From: Paraspadella gotoi | Taxonomy: Eukaryota; Animalia; Chaetognatha | Assembly (NCBI GenBank): GCA_051294375.1 | Contig: JBJCIZ010000512.1 | Location: 1-15,349, forward strand | Reading direction: 5' to 3' | Length of the DNA stretch: 15,349 nt | Shown: piece by piece, positions 9,030-15,349 of the stretch | Position numbering within the stretch: the stretch's first letter is position 1 | Layout: each line of letters opens with the position of its first letter | Notes under the pieces: model-generated | Databases searched by the model: none | The model's input: the letters and a program-made list of their open reading frames with translations, nothing else | Told to the model about the DNA's origin: nothing | Program-made: the position numbers and the translations under genes

Positions 9030-10572
9030 CCTGTCGTCGCTCTGAGGGTTTTTAACCCAGCAAATGGTAAATTCATTGACACATATGCTTTACTAGATCC
9101 TGGTTCAAATATAACTTGCTGTACAGAGTCATTAATTAAAAGTTTAAACCTTGACATGGAATCTGAAATTATAGAGCTTTCTACAGTTGAAAATAAGATT
9201 AAAAAGAAACGAAATTTTTGTCAAATTGAATTGCAATCTTTAGTTGATCCGAATTTTAATTTGCAGAGCCCTCACACTATGGTTGCGCAGAACTTACCCT
9301 CTGCCTCATCCTCTATACCTGCTAATGATTTCGTTAGAAAATTTAAACATTTTAAAGATGTCACATTAATCGAATTGCCCTTTAATAAGAGACAAGTCAA
9401 TGTTCTGATCGGCACCGACCTTGGAATAAGTTTGTTGCCCGCCGACGACGGAATCCGGCGCGGATCCCTCACAACGCCATCTGCCATCAAAACCCCATGG
9501 GGTTGGTCGGTCATTGGTCCTGACGGAACTCAGCTAAGTAAACAAATTACTTGTGCTTTCATTTCTCATGATAAGGATATTTTACACGAGCAATTAAAAA
9601 CTATGTATAAACACGATTTTAACGATTCTCCCTTTGCCAAAGATTGTTTATCTATAGAGGATCAAGAAGCTCTAAAAACAATAGAAGATTCCTGCAAATT
9701 AGTGAATGGGCATTTCGAGATTGCTCTCCCCTGGCGTGGAGGCCGCGATGCTGCCGCCAAACGTCTCCCAACGGAAGCCAGCGCAAAGATGGCTAAAATG
9801 CGAACCGCGAGGCTTGGTCAAAAGCTTAAAAACGATCCAGATAAGTTTGAAATGATAAAAACGCAAATGAATGCATTGATTGAAAATAATTATGCAAGGC
9901 CCGTCCCAGTTTCAGAATTAAATCAACCCGACCTCGCGATATGGTATCTCCCAGTTCTGGCTGTGAAAAACCCAAATAAACCGGGAAAAGTGCGACTCTG
10001 CCACGACGCCAAGGCCGCAGCAAATGGCGTATCCTCAACTCCAATTGCAACAAGGTCCAGATCTCGCCAATTCTTTACTTGGTTGCCTCATCAGGTTCCG
10101 CCAAAATCCCATCGCGATAATGGCCGATATTGAGTCATTTTTCCATAGGGTAAGAGTTGATCCCCCTGATACTCACGCTTTAAGGTTCTATTTTTGGAAG
10201 GATTCAGATCTTTCAAACCCGCTAATTGTTATGCAAATGCTTGTTCATTTGTTTGGCGCGTCTCCATCGCCGACGATCGCCAATTACGCGTAACTTGCGG
10301 AACTCTTTAAAGGTGAATTTTCAGAAGAGGTTCTTAACACTGTTTTGAGAAATCTTTATATTGATGATGTTTTAAAATCATGTCGCACGGTCGACGACGC
10401 AATTATATTGATTAAAGATTTAACTGCCATTTTGAAGAAGGGAGGATTTCGCCTCACAAAATTCGTCTCAAATAATCGCGAAGTTTTAGCTCAATTCCCA
10501 AAGAAGACCTCGCTGACGGCGTCAAAAATTTTGACGAATCCTCTCTCCCGGTGGAACGCGCTCTTGGAGTAA
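9030..10572 (+). pseudogene. pol: Aspartic protease and reverse transcriptase of pol (frameshift near 10035-10050, in-frame TAA at 10291-10293)
   Basis: PVVALRV...TYALLDPGSNIT (catalytic Asp codon 9096-9098) is in frame with ORF 9156-10133. Also [77 protein letters not shown], and YIDD at 10357-10368. Confidence 0.95.
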
Positions 10573-11400
10573 GATTTGACGTCGACATTGATTCCTTTGT
10601 TTTTTCAGTAAGTCAATTAAAAGTAGAAGAAAAAAGGGAGACTCGCGTAAGGTGCTTTCCTCATTGCCTCTATGTACGATCCCATTGGTTTCCTTGGCCC
10701 AGTTTTGCTAAGGGAGAGAAAAGATTCTTCAAGGTCTCTGCTCAGTTGGAATTGGATGGGACGACCCTGTTCCATCAGATGAATTAGAATCATTTCAAAA
10801 ATGGTCTGTTCTTCTCTCTCACTTTAGAAGAATAAAAATTTCACGTTGGTTCGGTTGCGCAAAGTTAGGTAAAATAGTTCCACCCAATTACACTTTTTCT
10901 CAGATGCCTCAGAACAGGTTACGGTGCCGTCTTATATCCGGAAAGCTGAGAGGCGGGCGCCATTCACACGTCTTCGTAGCGGCGAAATCGCGCGTCGCTC
11001 CACTGAAGCATCAACAGAATCACAGATCCATGGTTCAATCCCGCGACTGGAATTATGCGCCGCCGTAGTTTCGGTAGAATTATATACGTTTTACAAAATG
11101 AATTAGAAGAGAAATTGATAAATTTTTCTTTTGGGTTGAAGCAACTTGCGTCTTACGTCAATTAAGAAACAAAACCTCTCGCTTTCCTCCATTCATTTTC
11201 AACCGCATTTCGAAAATTCTTGCTAAAACCGAAGCTAATGATTGGAGTTATTGCCCTACAGATTTAAATCCCGCTGATTTATGCAGCAGAGGTTTCGCCG
11301 CTGATGACGATGTCTCTTGGAAATATTTTCTCCTCGGTGGCTTCATTACTCAACCGGAGGCAACGTGGCCCGCCAACCCTCTCGACACGGAAGTCGACAC
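10551..11400 (+). pseudogene. pol: Pao-type RNase H region (Peptidase_A17-like), several frameshifts
   Basis: ERALGVRFD, YDPIGFLGP, WDDPVP, QLHFFSDASE (10885-10914), AKSRVAPLK, SIPRLELCAA, and NPADLCSRG (11267-11293), spread over different frames. Confidence 0.92.
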
Positions 11401-11899
11401 TACGAGCGAAGTTAAGGCAACTGTCGCCACTCTCAACTCAGAACCAACTCCCTTCATCTCCCCTTTGGCCGAACATGTCTCTTCATGGCATCATTTACTT
11501 AAGCAAGTGAGCTGGTTGAAACGTTTTACTGTATTTATTGCAAATAAGTATTTAAAAAGTCGCAAAATTGATTCCCCTCAAACCGGTATAATACAGGCTG
11601 AAGAGCTTATTCAATGCAGAAAACAATGTAATTCGTCTTTTACAAAAAGAACACTTTCACAAAGAAATAAATTTCTTTCAGAAAAACGACACAGGTTTTC
11701 CCAGATTATGTTCCAGAGAACGGAGAAGACGCTCCATTCAAGTGCAAGTCAAATGAGAAACTTTAGATCCATTTTTTCAGGATATGGTATACGACGTTGG
11801 CGGCTGTTTGAAAAACATGACTGACTTACCCTTTGACGCGAAAACATCAAATTTTCTCCCTTCCAATTCCCAACATACAGTATATCCGTCGCGAGTAGC

Positions 11900-13310
11900 C
11901 GGAGGCGGTCATACAGTGTCGGGTCCACTTCTAATTCGAACAGAAAAACAAGGAACCAAGGGCCACGCTGGAGTTAGAACCACGGTGCATATGTTCTCGT
12001 AGGAAGCCGCGCCAAGTAGATATCTGCATCTCCAGTCAAGGTCGGATTCAAACAGGTTAAGAAAAGATATGGGTAAAATGCTCCTTTGTCGCCGCTGTTT
12101 AAATGCTAAAACCCATGACACAAAAAATGGGGCTGATTTGAATCAATCTCGAGTTGGAATTGGTTCCCCTTTTCAGGAGACAGGGTGTTAGATTTCATGG
12201 GTTCCGTTTGAAGTGAAGAGGAGGTCGATGGTACTCTCAAAAACGTTGGATTTGCCTTTTTCACCTGTTTTAAAAATGCGCGCAGTTCATCTCGAAGAGT
12301 CGCGGCTGAGTCCTGCATTCTCACCTCTACTGCTTTCATTAATTGCCTTTTTCGATTTATTTCCCGCGCGCACCTGGCGTGCAAAAATTATTTCTCAGAC
12401 TGTGGAACGAATTTTTGTCGGCGCCTGCAAAGAGCTAAAGGAGAAGCATCAAGCTCTGGAACCAACTAAGACATCAAATTTTCACTTGACGACTGAAGGG
12501 AATCCAGTGGACCTTTCAAAACCCTCCTGCGGCGCCGCACTGGGTGGCGGGCGTCTCGGGAGCGCCTTGTGCGCTCCACCAAGCGCCCTTCTTTGTCAAT
12601 GTTTTGCAATGGCGGCCACGCAACTACACGCCCTCTACTGATGATTACTCCTCAATCAATCTCTATTGTAACGGTAGTTGACAAATTCTTAATCAAAGAC
12701 CCCTCACCCGTATTTTCAGATGGATCCACGGGATCTTCGATGCTTCTCCAGTCCCCGCCCAGATTCTCTCTCCCGCGCACCGAAAGTTTTTCATCTGTCT
12801 TCTATTCAGCCGGAGAACAACAGCACTACTCTCCGCCGCGACCTATGGCGCCTGGTCTCAGCAACTAGCTGATACGTTTATTCTGGCGCCGCTGGAGAAG
12901 TCTGGACAGGAACCCTCTCGACACCTTCCAAACAACGGACAAAGTGGTGTGGTTAAGCCTCTTCTCCGAGATCTCAACACGGCGGTGAACCTTTTGTCCC
13001 CGTGGTCGTCGATGATCGTCGTCATCGCGAGAGATGCCCTCTTGCAGCGGAATGTCGGTGTTTTTCCCAAGTTCCGATGGCCACGTGCGGCGCGTCCGAG
13101 TCCGCACCTTCGGTAAAAGCGGTTTGACCCGCGATCGGGCTAAGATCGTTCTTTGGAAAGCCTGCGACGTGCTGCGCCCAAGCGCCGGCGTTGCTGAATA
13201 ATCCCCGTTTCCTATTCTCTAATGAGCCCGACCAAACCGATTCAACTTCGAATCTCCCTCGACGCTCTCCGGACACGTTCCGCCTAACAAGAAATATTTT
13301 TTGTCACTGA
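11900..13310 (+). pseudogene. pol: Integrase (Zn finger remnant, DDE core) with DUF5641-like C-terminal domain, heavily frameshifted
   Basis: GHAG (11961), Cys pair near 12079-12100, DFMG (12191), KRWICLF...MRAVHLE, SDCGTNF (12395-12415), ERLVRSTK (12560), FWRRW (12881-12895), DGHVRRVRVRT (13076-13108). The end coordinate is approximate. Confidence 0.9.
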
Positions 13311-13464
13311 TTTAGTTTGTGCTTCTCTTTAGTTTAAAGAGAGAATTCGTGTTTTTTATGGATTATTATGTTAACGTTATCTCATTAATTTTTAAATAAC
13401 GTAGTCAAAGAAGGCTAGAATAGTAAAGTGCTTTTAAATTTGAAATTTTAAAAGTAAAATTTCC

Positions 13465-13479
13465 GAGCGAGCGGGAAAA
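13465..13479 (+). other. Polypurine tract (plus-strand primer)
   Basis: GAGCGAGCGGGAAAA directly abuts the TGTT of the 3' LTR. Confidence 0.8.
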
Positions 13480-13845
13480 TGTTAAATATTTCCGTCTGTT
13501 TCACGTTTCCCAAAAATCTGCTTTGCTCTTGTTTGGCCCTTAAAATGTTTTACCTGATATATCTGAGTGGAAGATAACTTACCGTGTGTGATGAGAAAGT
13601 ATAGAAATTTATATTAGAGTTCTCAAGCTCTCTTTACGAGCGTGAAGCAGGTTTCGCTTTTAATGTTTCTTTACTTTTAGTTTATTTTGTATTGAATTTT
13701 TTATTAATTCGTATATAAACTTTTATAGTCCAGGTTCCTTTCGCATTGCGTTTTCTTATGCGGGTGTGCTCAATGTCTCCCTGTTTTTTCCTCAAATGTC
13801 ACTTTTCAATGCCCCGTTCGACTGCCGTTTTTGATAGTATCTCAA
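13480..13845 (+). repeat. 3' LTR (indel-rich relative to the 5' LTR; possibly truncated)
   Basis: Shared blocks with the 5' LTR include TGTTAAATATTTCCGT, GTTTCACGTTTCCCAAAAATC, TTTACGAGCGTGAAGCAGGTTT, TTTTAATGTTTCTTTACTT, TTATTAATTCGT, TTTTATAGTCCAG and GTATCTCAA. Confidence 0.9.
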
Positions 13846-15000
13846 GCCCGCAGCAGGAATAATGGAAAATCGGGAACGAGGGCAGGACCGAGAAGCTGAT
13901 TAGTAAACATACATGATGGACCCGACACAGTCGGCGCCGATCTCGGTGCTGCGTCACCGGAACGCCAACTGAGCTTACTGAAGAGATCTCCGGTCGCTTT
14001 TGTAATCGAATGTCAAAACAGCTCTGTCACCCTGTTTAATCCGGAAGGAGTTCCCTGAAGGCAGATGGACCACATCGAGGCAATATATCGCCGCTATTCT
14101 CTCACTCTCCCCATAAGTCAAAACAAAAAGATAATACCAGGAAGGAACGGAGAGCGCCCTCAAAAGGAGAGAACAAAAGTGATCTAGAGACTTATGTATA
14201 TCCACTATTTAACTTTCTTCCGGTATCTTCTATCATTTTATATAAGCAGTGTGTCCTTGTCTTTGTATCCTGGCAGGTCAGTTCACATTGGTGTTTTAAT
14301 CTAATTACTTTTTTTCGGTGGTGTACTTTTATACAATATTTTCTTGGAAGTCACAACCCATTTTAAGTGATATATTCAATTTTATTCATTCACTGGAAAA
14401 GTGCATAAGAATTAATACAGAAAGAAAAATCCAATCCAAACAGGGCAAGAAAATTAAAAACCAGAAGACGGGGTCTGAGAGAAAAATAGTGGTAAAAGGC
14501 TAAACAAAAAACCCATGGATAGAAAAGATCAATTAATAAAACCAGTAAAAATCATATCTGAAACTCAGAAAAAAAGTCATCAGAAACAGGAAAATGCAAT
14601 TAAAAAAGTAAATGAAGTCTGAGATGGAAGGAGAATAAAGTAAACTAAAGTTTTTTTTTCAATTAAGAATTTTTTCTCTTATTTTCTCTTTTAAAAAAAA
14701 AAAAAATTGTTGAGGCGAATTTGTGGTCTATACTTTGAAATTTTAAAAACAAATTTCTGTGTTTTAAATCAGAAAAAAGAGTCTCCTGCATCTAATATTA
14801 ACTAAGGTATTTAAAAAAATTAAAGAATAAAAAATATTCCCCCTAAAATATTACTGATATGACGTCTAAAAATCAACACCGAAACTTTGACAGTATATTT
14901 GATAAGTTTTGCGGAAATTAGTTTTCATAATTATCTAAGTATGACACTTATGATATATTAGTTATAACAATAACTACTTTCAACGACCTCTGATTTGAAT

Positions 15001-15082
15001 CTCTCTCTCTCTCTCCTCTCTTCTCTCTCTCTTCTCTCTCTCTTTTCTCTCTACATCTCCGACACTCGTCTCTCTCTCTCTC
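15001..15082. repeat. Imperfect (CT)n microsatellite
   Basis: Interrupted CT run. Confidence 0.92.
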
Positions 15083-15349
15083 CCACCGCTAAATAAGATT
15101 AACTCTGCAGAGATTACTACAAAGGTAAAGCCAGAAGGAGTGAAGAAAAAAAAAAAATATCCAGATATTTGAGAATCATCACCGAATTTAAATTCTCACT
15201 CTCAATCAAAGTCATTAATGTTCGTAAACATAATTATTTACGGCGGATGACCGCCCAGTTACTAGCAATTTTTACAAAATTTGACAAGGAGTTAATAGGC
15301 TCTGTAAAAACACAATTATCCGGTTACAAGAAAAATCATCGTCATCATC

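Larger units (their letters stand above)
6265..13845 (+). mobile_element. BEL/Pao family LTR retrotransposon, near full length, frameshifted
   Basis: Two direct repeats start TGTTAAATATTTCCGT (6265 and 13480), with a PPT before the second. Domain order is gag-PR-RT-RH-IN. BEL/Pao-typical motifs: triple Cys/His knuckle ending HHTLLH, WYLP..V..P.KPGKVR, GPDL, ADIE, FGA.PSP, YIDD, FSDAS, IPRLEL, NPADLCSRG, SDCGTNF, FWRRW, DGHVR. Confidence 0.97.

Noticed and set aside
7340-13276. Minus-strand ORFs inside the element (7340-7678, 9272-9514, 12106-12384, 12858-13276)
   Set aside because: Short antisense shadows of gag-pol with no independent motifs.
13310-13479. Possible env or extra ORF between integrase and the 3' LTR
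   Set aside because: Only about 170 nt of AT-rich, stop-containing sequence; there is no room for one.
5-15124. GCAGAGATT-nnn-ACAAAG at both 5-22 and 15107-15124
   Set aside because: A 15/18 match that does not extend; compatible with chance.

Overview
Eukaryotic, repeat-rich DNA, probably from an animal. The main feature is a near full-length BEL/Pao (Belpaoviridae) LTR retrotransposon on the + strand at about 6265-13845. Its order is 5' LTR, gag (coiled coil, DUF1759-like core, triple Cys/His knuckle), protease (ALLDPGS), RT (YIDD), Pao-type RNase H, integrase with DUF5641-like tail, PPT and 3' LTR; no env ORF is present. The polyprotein is broken by indels that become denser toward the 3' end, and the 3' LTR differs from the 5' LTR mostly by small insertions. 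Part of the apparent decay may therefore be sequencing or assembly noise; there is also a 10-N gap in gag. The flanks hold (CT)/(GA), (TCAT)/(TGAA) and (GTC) simple repeats, GC-rich islets and a CTCF-like motif, with no credible host gene. I see no clearly new biological system. The best leads are an intron-like 78-nt segment kept in both LTRs, duplications in the LTR/leader, unresolved element ends, and lineage-specific indels in pol.
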